Positions 24,296 to 37,575 of a stretch of DNA of 57,405 nt are shown here, piece after piece; positions within the stretch are counted from its first letter, which is position 1; each line of letters begins with the position of its first letter. The stretch spans positions 34,821 to 92,225 of the forward strand of contig NIVC01003100.1 in assembly GCA_002269645.1 (NCBI GenBank). The letters run 5' to 3'. Under the pieces are notes generated by a model that saw only the letters and a list, made by a program, of their open reading frames with translations, ran no database searches and was not told where the DNA came from. Made by a program: the position numbers and the translations under genes. This stretch comes from Macrostomum lignano (taxonomy: Eukaryota).

Positions 24296-25037
24296 CTTTT
24301 TTGCGATTGAATTCGTCCAAACTGCAAAACCTTTCGTCCACTAACGCTTTCTTAATGGGAGCTAAATTTAGATCATACCATAGACAACTGTGTTCACGCA
24401 AAACGGTTCATCCAGTTTGTAAAACATTTCGTCCCCTAGACTAGAGACCGAGTGTACTGTTCCTACCATAGTTAACACCCAATTGACAGTTCGCTTTTGC
24501 TACCACTACAGCTCTCGTACTACCGTACTCTCCGTATCTCAACCCAACTGAGCGCGCAGGGTCTTCCCTGAAGGCATCAGTGAAGAGGGCACTGTCAGTT
24601 CCCGCTATTCAGCACGAGCTCTCTAATAGGCAAGCTGCTGCTGCTGCGAACCTGACTCTGCATGCCTGGCGGATGCACATTTTTAAGAGAGAGGTCGAAG
24701 CTGCACTGCACGTGATTACACAGGAGAAGTGCCAGCAATGGACCAATCACACTGTGGGTTACTACGGCCGCTGTTTGGACTACGAAGACATTTTGAACTA
24801 ACATTCTAACAAGAGACACTGTTTTTGCTTTGTTCAATATCTCGTGATATCAAATAAAGTCGCTCCGTTTAGCTGTTAGCTGTTTGGACGAAGGGTTTAG
24901 ACGAAATGTTTTACAAACTGGATGAACCGTTTTGTGTGAACACAGTTGTCTATGGTATAATCTAAATTTAGCTCCCATTAAGAAAGCGTTAGTGGACGAA
25001 AGGTTTTGCAGTTTGGACGAATTCAATCGCAAAAAAG
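24296..25037. mobile_element. Non-autonomous IS630-Tc1-mariner-type element, ~138-bp TIRs, TA target duplication, internal remnant of a transposase C-terminus
   Basis: 24296-24433 is the reverse complement of 24900-25037 with a few mismatches, and TA flanks both ends. Internal peptide FKREVEAALHVITQEKCQQWTNHTVGYYGRCLDYEDI resembles the C-terminal helix of IS630/Tc1-like transposases. Confidence 0.75.
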
Positions 25038-25153
25038 TATAGTTCTGCCAAGGACCTGCTTCAGAAATACAGAAACAGTCTCATTATACAATTGGATTTT
25101 TTAATTCTCTGTCTACCTAAAGCACCAAGCAATTCGCTCCTGAGAGTCATTAC

Positions 25154-27064
25154 ATGGCGTTAGACTTTGACGAAGACTCGGACGTGAGCTGGTTCACTGC
25201 TGATGATGAGTCAATTGACGGATCCGAAGTTGAACATCCTCACAGTGACCAGGAAGAAGAGCAGGGTGAGTTACTCGTAGGAGAACAGTGGCATCTAGTT
25301 GAAGACGGCGCTGATGCCAGGCCAGCACCTCTGCCTGAGTTCCTCTTAGTACCAGGAGTCAGGCCCGATTTGCAGCTTCCTGAGATCGCCGACGGAAACG
25401 AGAGTGATTTTATCAAGCTGTATTTGACGGACGGGTTGATGGAGAACATCAAGAACTGGACAAACGCAAAGGCTTGGAAGACCTATGAGGATAACTTTGA
25501 CGGTGGAACAGTCTCAAATTTTGTGCTGAACTGGAAGGACTGCACGGTTAATGAAGTAAGAAAATTGATCGGAATTGTTTTGCTGATGGGACTGGACAAG
25601 AAGCCTGAAATATCGAGCTATTGGTCGCAAGATCCGGCTTTTCACTGTGCATTTCTTGCGGAGCCTTGTTCTCTTCCTAGAGACAGGTTCAAGCAGATCT
25701 TGTCCTGTTTGCGCTTTTACGATTGTACTGAGGCTCTGCATGGGGGTCCCTTGGCTAAGATGCAACCTTTCTTGCAACAGGCTAAGCAGCTGTGCAGCAA
25801 CAACTACATGCCTCGTCAGCGGCTCTCGATTGACGAAAGTCTCGTGCTCTACAAGGGAAGACTGTTGTTCAAGCAGTACATCCCAACGAAGAGCAGCAAG
25901 TACGGAATCAAGATGTACTGCCTCTGTGAGTCCGACACGACCTACCTGTGGAATTTTGAAATCCATACATCAACTGAAGCCAACCAATTGTTCGGTGATG
26001 GACTGGGCTGTCAAAATTTGTCCATGAGTGAGAGAGTTGTGGCCGAGTTGTGCCGCAATTTGCTTCACCTAGGCTACCATATTTTTACAGACAGTTGGTT
26101 CACTTCGCACAGACTTGCTACGTGGCTGCTGCAACGAGATGTTCTTCTCACTGGCACAGTGCGCAAAAACCGCGGCATCCCAAACCTGTTGCAGGCTGTA
26201 AATCTGCAGCCAACTTCTTCCGCCTTTGCACGCTCTGGAAATGTGCTTGCCTGCAAGTTTGTTGACAGGAAGCAGAGTGGCGTCAAGGCTGTTTTCGTAT
26301 TGGACACCACTGGATCGGCCGAATGTAGGCAAGTTCAGCGCACTCGTCGTGGCGGCGGCGTTCAGATTGTCACCAAACCGACTAGCGTGCTCTCGTGCTC
26401 TAACAGCATGGGTGGCGTCGACCACATGGATTCCGCTCTACACCCGTACTTGGCCAATCGAAAAAGCATCCGGTGGTTCCACAAACTCGGATTTCACCTG
26501 ATCCTGCTGCTCGTTCGCAACGCTTGGATTGTCTACCAACAGGCAGGTGGCGGCAAGACTTTTCTGCAGTTCTTGAGACAGGCTATTACGATATTGGTTG
26601 AAGTTACCGGTGATGCTAGGCGACGTGGAGCCGGACCTCGTAGAGTTGATGCGGGTGCCGGAGCAGCAGCAGGTGCGGGTGCCGGAGCGGCAGCAGGTGA
26701 GGGTGCCGGAGCGGCAGCAGGTGCGGGTGCCGGAGCGGCAGCAGGTGAGGGTGCCGGAGCGGCAGCAGGTGCGGGTGCCGGAGCGGTAGTCGGTGTGGGC
26801 GTTCATTTGCCGACTAAGGCGCCAATACAAGGAGCTCAAAGCCGCCCACGCAAGCGCTGCCGGATGTACTATCAGCATGGCGTGGTGAAAAGAACAGTAA
26901 CTGTGCCGCTTGTCGAGGAGTTCCTGCATTATGTTTGGGTGCTTGCTTTGCTAGCTGGCACATGGTTCATCCTAATTGACCATGATAGGATGAGCGGCTT
27001 TTGTGTTGAAAAAACAATGAAGTTTTGGCGGCCCAATGCGCACTTCTATTTATTCATGATCTGA
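25154..27064 (+). mobile_element. piggyBac-like transposase (PGBD4-type), DDD triad present, C-terminal Cys-rich domain frameshifted
   Basis: LMGLDKKPEISSYWS, RDRFKQILSCLRF, LSIDESLVLYKGRLLFKQYIPTKSSKYGIKMYCLCES, IFTDSWFTS, TGTVRKNR, MGGVDHMD, WFHKLGFHLI. A candidate right end ...GGCACGAAATCGTGCCATCCGTCTTCTGCCGG|TTAA lies at 27559; no matching left end was found. Confidence 0.92.
26648..26791 (+). repeat. In-frame 24-bp tandem repeat x6 (GAGAGAAA / GEGAGAAA) inside the piggyBac ORF
   Basis: Units ggtg(c/a)gggtgccggagcggcagca, with C and A variants alternating. Confidence 0.95.
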
Positions 27065-28361
27065 ATTCCCTTTTTCTGTCACCTATTCTACTGTGTTTTT
27101 CTGTTCGAATACAGTTCAATTATGCACAGCTCGTTTTATTAATTAATAGTCAAGACTACTTCCTAAAAACTAACGCTTTTTGCGTTAATTTGTGTTGTCA
27201 ATACAGAAAGCATGATCTACGTTCGTGTTATACTATACTACGTATAAGATACAAATGTACTAGCTACTTCAAATATTACTTCAAATACTAATATTCGTTT
27301 CTAATATACACAGGTGTACACTTGGTCCTGGTCTTATAATTCTTGATCTGTGATGATTGCCATAGACAGTGCCACCTAATCTATAGGAAAATAAGCAGCT
27401 TTCCAACGAAAACGGACGTGGCACGTTTTTGAGCCATGTCAGTCGGCAACGGGGGTATTGAATTCTGCAATCTACGATTGCCCTAGACACTAGGATTTGG
27501 TTCCGTCAATAACTATGATTACTTTATGGCACGAAATCGTGCCATCCGTCTTCTGCCGGTTAATTGCCATTAATTATTAATAGTTGTTTTCGTTCTATTT
27601 TTAGCTATTTTTTCAAAGTGCTATTTGTTAGTTAGAGTTTATTACTGCGAAACAACTATGTAGATGCGTTCCAAAACCAGTTCACTCAGCGGAGGGTCGA
27701 CAACTTGGCAATGTACCCCGGCTTTGTGCGGCCAGCCAATCAGGATCGGCCTGGACCCCTGGCACGCGGCAAACCAGCTCTACCCGGCCTGAGAGCGCGC
27801 CGCGGGTTCAGTGCAATTTGGATTATCGAGCGGCCAGCTTTTGGCGGTCGGATCTCATTCTCCGGTTCTTCTCCTTTCGTCTGGCTTCGTTCTCGTTTTG
27901 TCATCTGCCGCGCTTTGAGGCGCTTCTATCGAGTCGAGCCCCGGCCCATATTTTGTTCCGCTGCCCGACCGCAGTAGCCTTGCCGGGGTAACAATCGCGA
28001 CAACCTTGTTCAGAGATTGTCGTCGGCAAGCGCAGTCTAGATAGGAACTGTCGGTTTGACACAGTACGCGACCTCGATCCCGAGGGCCCCAGTGTTTCAC
28101 TGAAAGGCATACTTGGTAGGATTTGGTCAGGGATTCGCTAACTGTCAGGCAGTCAGTGTCCTCTTCTGAGAGTACGACCTTGGGATTAGGCCAGGGGTGT
28201 GTAGGGAGCTTCTCCGTTAGTCCTGTGTTCTGGTTTCGCCTTTTCACTTCTTCCAGTATTGAGATCCGCTCGTCAGAGTGCGTTTTTATTATTCATAAAG
28301 TGTTAAATTTCGAATTGCGTTATCTAATCCGTGTAAATTTGGAGTTAATTAAATTCGAAGC

Positions 28362-29067
28362 GTACCTGGCCAAGCTGCTGCTCAATCACCGTTCGACGGC
28401 GAGGAGCGACGGCCGGAGCAGCCCGTTGGCGCTGATGGGCCGACAGCTGAGGAGTCCGCTGACGATGACCTTCGAGATCGACGCACCAGCCGTTTACCAG
28501 CCAAGCTCCAGTGCAACGGCCGAGCCCGCGCGCTTTGTGGTCAAAGCTGGCAGCAACACGGTGGTGATCGTCCGCGACAACAACCGGCCGGTCCTCGCCC
28601 ATCGGGACCAAATTCGGCCGCTGCCGGTCGACTCGACGGTCAAGCCAGGGCAGGAGCAAGTGACCGGGCGCGGACCAGGGACAGCGGCTGAGAAGACTCA
28701 GGCCGAGCCCGAGACTCCGAGGCCGGGCAGCCCCAACGCCGAAATCGAGGTGCCGGCGGCCCCGAGGCGCAGCGAACGCGGGAACAAAGGAGTTCCCCCC
28801 GAGCGGCTGACTCCTCGGTGGTGAGGGATGCGGCGCCGCTTGGCGGTGCTCATTAACTATCTCTGACTCGCGTTGCATATCTGCGTACTTACGAGCTAGC
28901 ATCTAGTGTACTCATTGCCAATGTACTTAGCGTGCACGCGCGGCACGTTGCATCTTTCTATCTATATGCTAAAGTTTGAAGCGGTTTGATCGCGCTGTAT
29001 TCGTATTGTAGGGGGCACGTTGCCGTCGGTCATTTTCAAAATAATATAAAGACCGGTTTGGCCATCA
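28362..29067 (+). mobile_element. Gypsy-like LTR retrotransposon 3' fragment: integrase C-terminal tail, purine tract and candidate 3' LTR (~28829-29067)
   Basis: LAKLLLNHRSTARSDGRSSPLALMGRQLRSPL resembles the end of the integrase core (L.YR.T...SP..L.GR.LR); ..VLAHRDQIRPL and ..KGVPPERL follow. Then ggtgaggga|TG...aatataaa...CA. Confidence 0.5.
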
Positions 29068-29149
29068 GTTGAGGTTTCGTATTCTTTGCTCAGCTAAGAG
29101 GTCACTTGAACAGAAAAGAGTCCACCTTATTGCTACGGCACGACAGAAA

Positions 29150-30035
<886 letters not shown>

Positions 30036-30039
30036 CACG

Positions 30040-31589
30040 GCGTGTTTAAAAAATCAAAAGACTAATTAATTTAATATGGGCTACCGGTTTCGAGCCTCTG
30101 GGCTCTTCGTCAGGCCAAAAATCAGTGTTTCATGCAGTGCAAGTTGGTCTTTTAAGTATTAGTTTTCTCAGTCAAATAAAATTGCTGAGCTGCTGTACAT
30201 ATGAGGGGTGTACATTTAAACTGGGTTCATTCTAGCTGTAACTTGTCCCAGAGGCTTTCAACCGGTCAGTTTAAGCGACGGTATATTTAGTATATTAAAA
30301 AATTGTTTTTTCGAAGTACGATTAAATAAAATGCGGTATTGAGGGTGGGAGCATAAAAATCGATATTTGCGCGTACAATCAAGCAGTTTGAATAAAATAC
30401 ACGACAAAGTGAATAAATAATGTAGTTCTATAGGTACAAATAGCGCATTGGTTAAAATATTCAATGGTTTCCTGGCTGAGACTTGAACTTATTGGGCGCC
30501 AGGAGGCTCTGTAAGTTACGTTGCCGTGTAAATGCGGGCAGTATGCGGGAGCCTGGTTTATTTTGTAGCTTATCAAAGTTTTTAGCTATCTCGTTGGCAA
30601 GCCAGACCGTAGATGGGTGAAAAGGAAGGACCATTGGGATGGGTCGGAGAAGATGATTGTCAACCCTGATGTTCGTACCTGGCGGTTTGTCAGTCCCCAG
30701 TTTTTTAATCCAGATTTCTTCCCTAAGTTCGATTTTGTTGTTATTAAGAATTTGTTCGATAGCAATGGAGACAAAGTTTGCAATCGAGTGATTGGGGGTG
30801 AGAAAGTGCTCTGATCCCGAAGTCACGACCCTCCTGTTAATATTTGACCTGTGTTGGTTCATTCTATCTCTCATTGTTCTTCTTGTCATCCCTACATAGA
30901 AGATCTTCCCAGGGTGGCACTGGTTGCAGGAGATGCCATAGATGATGTTCTTGGAGCCACAGGACAGGCTCTGAGAGATTAAAAAACCGGAAGCCGGTTT
31001 CAGCCCCTGGGCGGAGAGAGCAGGTGGTGAGTGGGTGCAGCATTTGCAGCGTGATGACCCACAGGGATCGAACCCTTTGGGAAGCAAACCCAGATTGGTT
31101 GTTGGTCCCGCAGTCCAGTTCATAAGTTTGAGGACCTCCTTTTTGCAGTTCCTAAGAAAAATCTTCGAGTAGCCTAATTTCTTGAGTTCTGATTTTAAAG
31201 AATTGAAAGCATCGTTGAAAGACTTGTAGTCATCACAGATACGAGCGTACCGAAGGACTTGGGATTTTACTACCCCCTTGAAGGTGTGTGACGGATGGAA
31301 GGACTGTCGGTGCAACAATCTATGAGTGTCTGTTTCTTTTGAAAACAGTTGTGTTGTGAAGCGGTTTTCAGCTTTCCTGATGGTCATGTCAAGGAAACTG
31401 ACCTCAGTTGATGAGGAGCTGACGGTGAGTTTAATGCTGGGGTTGATTGAATTTAGGTGTCGAACAAATTCTGTCAGAGCTTCAGCCGGGTGGTCCCAGT
31501 GAATGAAGATATCATCTATGTACCTAAAATAGATGTTCGGCTTATAAAGAGCAGTTCTCAGGGCAGTTTCTCAGGGCAGTTCTCAGGGC

Positions 31590-31590
<1 letters not shown>
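30040..31590 (-). mobile_element. Penelope-like retroelement, 5'-truncated (RT from YIDD, thumb, Zn-finger-like linker, GIY-YIG endonuclease, 3' region with hammerhead)
   Basis: The frame of ORF 30461-31387 is open upstream to ~31555: KPNIYFRYIDDIFIHW..NSINPSIKLTV..VSFLDMTI. Then TDTHRLLHRQSFHPSHTFKGVVKSQVLRYARIC, CGSSRCKCCTH, NIIYGISCNQC..FYVGMTRRTMRDRMNQH, EEIWIKKLGTDKPPGTN. Confidence 0.9.
30078..30116 (-). ncRNA. Minimal type I hammerhead ribozyme (Penelope pLTR type)
   Basis: Minus strand GGC CUGACGA A GAGCC-CAGA-GGCUC GAA AC-CG-GU A^GCC. It has the conserved core, a 5-bp stem II, palindromic stem III (ACCGGU), a 3-bp stem I and a GUA cleavage triplet. Confidence 0.8.
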
Positions 31591-31890
<300 letters not shown>

Positions 31891-32178
31891 GCGAAAGGAA
31901 TAATACTCCGCTTTTGCTGAGACCTTATATGCACTGCTCAAGCACGTTAACTATAATTTATTTTGCAAGTATTTTGATCTTAGTGACTCGCGCTCTCGAA
32001 CACACTGTACGTATTTGCCATAAATAAAAGTTAGTCAGCCGTTGACGGCTCTTTAGAATTGAACTAAAAGTTCATCTTCGACTCCAACAAGAGAGAGAGA
32101 GGGAGAGAGAGCAGGGCACCTCCAATTCCAGGCCCTGACACGGTAAAAAGGAGTGAAGAAAGTCAATTTAGTTGAATT

Positions 32179-32215
32179 GCCGATATTTCGAATTCGGTAA
32201 ATTCTTCGTCAGGGC
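32179..32215 (-). ncRNA. Second minimal type I hammerhead ribozyme
   Basis: Minus strand GCC CUGACGA A GAAUU-UACCG-AAUUC GAA AU-AU C^GGC. It has the conserved core, a 5-bp stem II, palindromic stem III (AUAU), a 3-bp stem I and an AUC triplet. Confidence 0.72.
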
Positions 32216-32621
32216 TGTAAGCGAGTAAAATGCATTTGGCGCGAATTGCGTCAATATAGAGGCGATATCGCCGGGGAGAGACGATCGATAAATGGGTGTG
32301 CTCAAGCGCTTAAAGCAGTACCGCATGGCCAGTACATTAAAACGAGTCTGAGACTCTGAGAAATGCGGAGGGGTGGCTAGAACTGTGGGCCTAAACGACC
32401 TTTAAGTGTAGGAGAACAATTGTAAAATTAAAAGGCAAAATAAATAGACAAGGTAAATAAATAGTAAAAGCTCAGAGAAAAAATTGCAGGTGCACCGTAC
32501 ACAGTGTCTAAAAACCTTGAGAGAAAAATAAACAAAATAAATCAAAGTAAAGCCAATGAAAAAATCACAGAGGGGAACAAAAAATAGCAGTAAAAGAGAG
32601 AGGAAAGAAGAGAAAAGATGG

Positions 32622-32664
<43 letters not shown>

Positions 32665-32944
32665 AGAAGAGACGAGGGACGAGAGAGAAGAGAGGAAACA
32701 GAAGAGAAGATAGAAGTTTTAAAGGATCCAAGGACGTAGGGAGAGTCAGAGGCAGAGGCCATGTTTGCCTCAAATCCTACTTTTACACGAATGTACTCAA
32801 TTTTATGGTTACCTCTATCCTGCTAACCATCAACAAGTTTTTGTTTGAGTATGGCCTCAGATTTCAGAATACCTGCAAAAATAGTTCCGGGGATTGGAAT
32901 TCCCGGGTTCAAAATCCGCGGGTTTCAACAGCTTGTTATACATA

Positions 32945-33360
32945 TACCTCTGCTTGCCGTCCTCGTGTCCCCGTCAGGTGCCTCATATATCTCTGCTTCC
33001 GTCCTCGTGTCCCCGTCAGGTGCCTCATATACCTCTGCTTGCCGTCCTCGTGTCCCCGTCAGGTGCCTCATATATCTCTGCTTCCGTCCTCGTGTCCCCG
33101 TCAGGTGCCTCATATACCTCTGCTTGCCGTCCTCGTGTCCCCGTCAGGTGCCTCATATACCTCTGCTTCCGTCCTCGTGTCCCCGTCAGGTGCCTCATAT
33201 ACCTCTGCTTCCGTCCTCGTGTCCCCGTCAGGTGCCTCATATACCTCTGCTTCCGTCCTCGTGTCCCCGTCAGGTGCCTCATATACCTCTGCTTCCGTCC
33301 TCGTGTCCCCGTCAGGTGCCTCATATACCTCTGCTTGCCGTCCCTGTCAGGTGCCTCATC
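32945..33360. repeat. Minisatellite, 42/43-bp unit, ~10 copies
   Basis: Unit ctctgctt(g)ccgtcctcgtgtccccgtcaggtgcctcatata(c/tc). Confidence 0.95.
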
Positions 33361-34337
33361 TTTTGGTTCCGTTCTTTCGCCAGTCGCCCGACGCCCTTTT
33401 AGTAGCTTAACTGACACTTAATTTGGTGTTCTTTTGGCGTGACCTTTGATTAAACTTATTCTTCGCTAATTTCTGATTTAGACACACACACTGAGTTTTC
33501 GTTTTTATATGTATAGATGTGGTACATAACTATTATTATTATTATAACTAACATTTGCATAGTCCTGAATACACGCCCCTAGGCCTCCGCCCTGCAGCTC
33601 ATTTCTACGAAAACCGAGTGCCATGGCGTCCCTCAAAAACAAGTGGAAAGCCGGGACTGGCTGGAAGGGCCCAGAGTCCGCCGCAATTCTTTCAAACCCA
33701 AATATCTGTTACTTTTACAGTGTACGCGCATGTACACTCCGCGCAGCTATTTTTAGAAACTGAACCCACGCTATACTCAGTCGCAGACATGTACATTCTT
33801 TTATGTAGAGAATTTCCAAGAAATTTCTCCAAAGCCTCCCTGCCGTCCCCACCCACTGGCATCCTTATGTTTATTATAAAGGCCTAATGGCCCAGTAGGC
33901 CAGTAACCAGAACGAACGAACGAATCCTGGAGTTGAAAACTATAAGCTACAACGCCTGTTGGCACGTATTATTATCAACAACTGTGTGCGTTTGAACAAG
34001 TTTTGAGCGCCAATCACACATGAGCTCGGAGTCAGAGTCAGACGGCGACACCGAGGGAGCTGAGCTCTGCGGCCAGTCGGAGTCGCTGACTCGCCGGCTG
34101 CGCAACATCCTCCGCGACTACTCGGACGGCCTGGCCATCCCCAAGGAGCTCATTCAGAATGCGGACGACGCCGGCGCCACCGAGGTGACGCTGATCTACG
34201 ACAGCCGGGCCAATCTGCAGTGGCGCGAGACCGTCATGGGCCGGCGGATGGCCGGCTGCCAGGTGGGTGACGGGCGGCTCTAATTGTGTTGGCTGATGCA
34301 GGGGAGTAGCCAGCAGCTTTTACTGAGGGGGTCTTTT

Positions 34338-35775
34338 TTGACTGGGCGCCATTTTAGTTGACTGGGCGCCATTCTATGTGACTGAGCGCCATTTTAGTTG
34401 ACTGAGCGCCATTTTAGTTGACTGAGTGCCATTTTATTTGACTGAGCGCCATTTTATTTGACTGAGCGCCATTTTACCGTAGTTGACTGAGCGCCATTCT
34501 ATTTGACTGAGCGCCATTTTAGTTGACTGAGCGCCATTTTATTTGACTGAGCGCCATTTTATTTGACTGGGTGCCATTTTATTTGACTGAGCGCCATTTT
34601 AGTTAACTGAGCGCCATTCTATTTGACTGAGCGCCATTTTACCGTAGTTGACTGAGCGCCATTCTATTTGACTGAGCGCCATTTTAGTTGACTGAGCGCC
34701 ATTTTATTTGACTGAGCGCCATTTTAGTTGACTGGGTGCCATTTTATTTGACTGAGCGCCATTTTATTTGACTGAGCGCCATTTTATTTGACTGAGCGCC
34801 ATTTTATTTGACTGGGTGCCATTTTATTTGACTGAACGCCATTTTATTTGACTGGGTGCCATTTTGTATGAATGAGCGCCATTTTATTTGACTGAGCGCC
34901 ATTTTATTTGACTGAGCGCCATTTTATTTGACTGGGTGCCATTTTATTTGACTGGGTGCCATTTTATTCGAATGAGCGCCATTTTATTTGACTGAGCGCT
35001 ATTTTATTTGACTGGGTGCCATTTTATTTGACTGGGTGCCATTTTATTCGAATGAGCGCCATTTTATTTGATTGAGCGCCATTTTTGTTGACTGAGTGCC
35101 ATTTTATTTGACTGAGCGCCATTTTATTTGACTGAGCGCCATTTTAGTTGACTGAGCGCCATTTTTGTTGACTGAGTGCCATTTTATTTGACTGAGCGCC
35201 ATTTTATTTGACTGAGTGCCATTTTAGTTGACTGAGCGCCATTATATTTGACTGAGCGCCATTTTAGTTGACTGGGTGCCATTTTATTTGACTGAACGCC
35301 ATTTCATTTGACTGGGTGCCATTTTATTCGAATGAGCGCCATTTTATTCGACTGAGCGCCATTTTATTTGACTGAGCGCCATTTTATTTGACTGAGCGCC
35401 ATTTTATTTGACTGGGTGCCATTTTATTTGACTGAACGCCATTTTATTTGACTGGGTGCCATTTTATTCGAATGAGCGCCATTTTATTTGACTGAGCGCC
35501 ATTTTATTTGACTGGGTGCCATTTTATTTGACTGGGTGCCATTTTATTCGAATGAGCGCCATTTTATTTGACTGAGCGCCATTTTATTTGACTGAGCGCC
35601 ATTTTATTTGACTGAACGCCATTTTATTTCACTGGGTGCCATTTTATTCGAATGAGCGCCATTTTATTTGACTGAGCGCCATTTTATTTGACTGAGCGCC
35701 ATTTTATTTGACTGGGTGCCATTTTATTTGACTGGGTGCCATTTTTTTCGAATGAGCGCCATTCTATTTGACTGG
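34338..35775. repeat. Intronic minisatellite, 20-bp unit (gactgagcgccattttattt / gactgggtgccattttattt), ~70 copies
   Basis: Direct reading; in intron 1 of copy 3. Confidence 0.97.
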
Positions 35776-36244
35776 GGAGCCATTATAGTTGAGTGAGTCC
35801 CATTTTAGTCTGGATGCCATTTTAGTCAACAGGACAGGAAATTGCAGTGCCGATACTTTATCTTTGATTCAACCGAGGGAAAGGAATAAGGCAAGACTAG
35901 CTGTGGCACGAAACAAAAACTCTGGGTGAAAAAATTTAGATGAATTTATTTGTGCAAAGCATTAAAAAGGTCAAAGAAAACGTGACAGAAAAAATCTGAG
36001 CCGAGACAACACTAAACAGCGAACGCACAGCCCCAGCACTCCAACCCCGCACACACCCACCCCAGCCAAGCCAGCCACCTCACCCGGCAAACCGCATTCC
36101 ACCAACACAGTGGCAAGGGAAATATTATAATGAAACTTTTCTATGAAAATTTTATTTTATCTATGCATAAAAATGTTAAAAATAATTTTCTTCAATTAAT
36201 CCCTATCATTTGAGTCCTGATTCACAAAATCGCAATTCTCCTAA

Positions 36245-36625
36245 TCGTGATTCTTCAAATCCTATGACCTCAAATCCTATGTCTTCAAATCCTATAACCT
36301 CAAATCCTATGTCTTCAAATCCTATGTCTTCAAATCCTATGTCCACAAATCTTATGTCTTCAAATCCTGTGACCTCAATCCTATGTCTTCAAATCCTATG
36401 AGCTTATGTCTTCAAATCCTATGTCCTCAAATCCTATGGGCCCGTTCTATAAAGCCATCGTAAGATAAGATCGTTCTTAGCTCCTATCTCCGGCGTGTAA
36501 AAGTTCCGACGTACGATCGAACTTACGCTATGACAGCTTTATAGTACGACCCTTGTCTTCAAATCCTATGACTTCAAATCCTATGTCTTCAAATCCTATG
36601 ACTTCAAATCCTGTCTTCAAATCCC
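36245..36625. repeat. Intronic 15-bp minisatellite (ttcaaatcctatgtc), interrupted by a small MITE
   Basis: Direct reading. Confidence 0.88.
36438..36552. mobile_element. ~115-bp MITE-like insertion with imperfect TIRs
   Basis: Left gggcccgttctataaagc versus reverse complement of the right end gggtcgtactataaagc; inner arms also pair (cgtaag..gatcgt / acgatc..cttacg). It interrupts a satellite unit. No clean TSD. Confidence 0.55.
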
Positions 36626-37074
36626 AATTTAAAAATTCCGACAAAGCTGACTGCTGGGTGTTCCGCCCCCTCACCCTACCTGCCTCTCAGGGCCCCTGCC
36701 TCTGGGCGCACAACGACGCGCAGTTCACTGACGACGACTTCAAGAACCTGCTGAGCCTTGGCGGCGCCACCAAGGAGGCGCAGGCGGCGAAGGTGGGCAA
36801 ATTCGGCCTCGGATTCAACGCCGTCTACAACCTGACGGACGTGCCGGCCGTCCTCAGCGGCTGCCAGCTGCAGCTGCTTGACCCGCACGGCGAGAAGCGT
36901 GGCCGCGGCTTCCTGGAGGAGGTGAGAAGCTTCGGTGGGGTGTTCTGAGCGGCTCTCTGCCAGTGCCTTCCCAGTGAAGGCACTTAAAAGGTACCAAGGT
37001 GTCCTGTCGGCATTTTTACCTGTATTTTCACAATCAGGCCTCAGTGTCACCCCCGGCTTTTCAATGAAAGCTTT

Positions 37075-37575
37075 CACCCCAATGTGCTTCAATAGAGGCT
37101 AAAGGAATTTTGACCTCCCCAATGTGCTTCACTGGCTAGGATATTTGACCTCCCCAATGTGCTTCACTGGCTAGAATATTTGACCCACCCCCAATGTGCT
37201 TCACTGGCTAGGATATTTGACCCACCCCCAATGTGCTTCACTGGCTAGGATATTTGACCTCCCCAATGTGCTTCACTGGCTAGGATATTTGACCTCCCCA
37301 ATGTGCTTCACTGGCTAGAATATTTGACCCACCCCCAATGTGCTTCACTGGCTAGGATATTTGACCCACCCCCAATGTGCTTCACTGGCTAGGATATTTG
37401 ACCTCCCCAATGTGCTTCACTGGCTAGGATATTTGACCCACCCCCAATGTGCTTCACTGGCTAGGATATTTGACCTCCCCAATGTGCTTCACTGGCTAGG
37501 ATATTTGACCTCCCCAATGTGCTTCACTGGCTGTGATAATTTTAATTGACCTCCCCAATGTGCTTCACTGGCTAG
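37075..37575. repeat. Intronic minisatellite, 35/38-bp unit (ccccaatgtgcttcactggctaggatatttgacct), ~13 copies
   Basis: In intron 2 of copy 3. The same motif is present only about 1-2 times in intron 2 of copy 1 (1855-1955). Confidence 0.93.

Noticed and set aside
24078-27470. Imperfect inverted match (cagaacttctaccccccgtt versus the reverse complement near 27445-27470) as piggyBac TIRs
   Set aside because: There is no TTAA, and the left sequence is also present in the paralogous flank of copy 4 (~54750), so it is host duplication sequence.
27650-28360. Possible solo LTR or 5' LTR of the Gypsy-like fragment
   Set aside because: It begins with TG and has promoter-like motifs, but no CA end or TSD, no similarity to the candidate 3' LTR and no primer-binding site was seen. 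Left unclassified.
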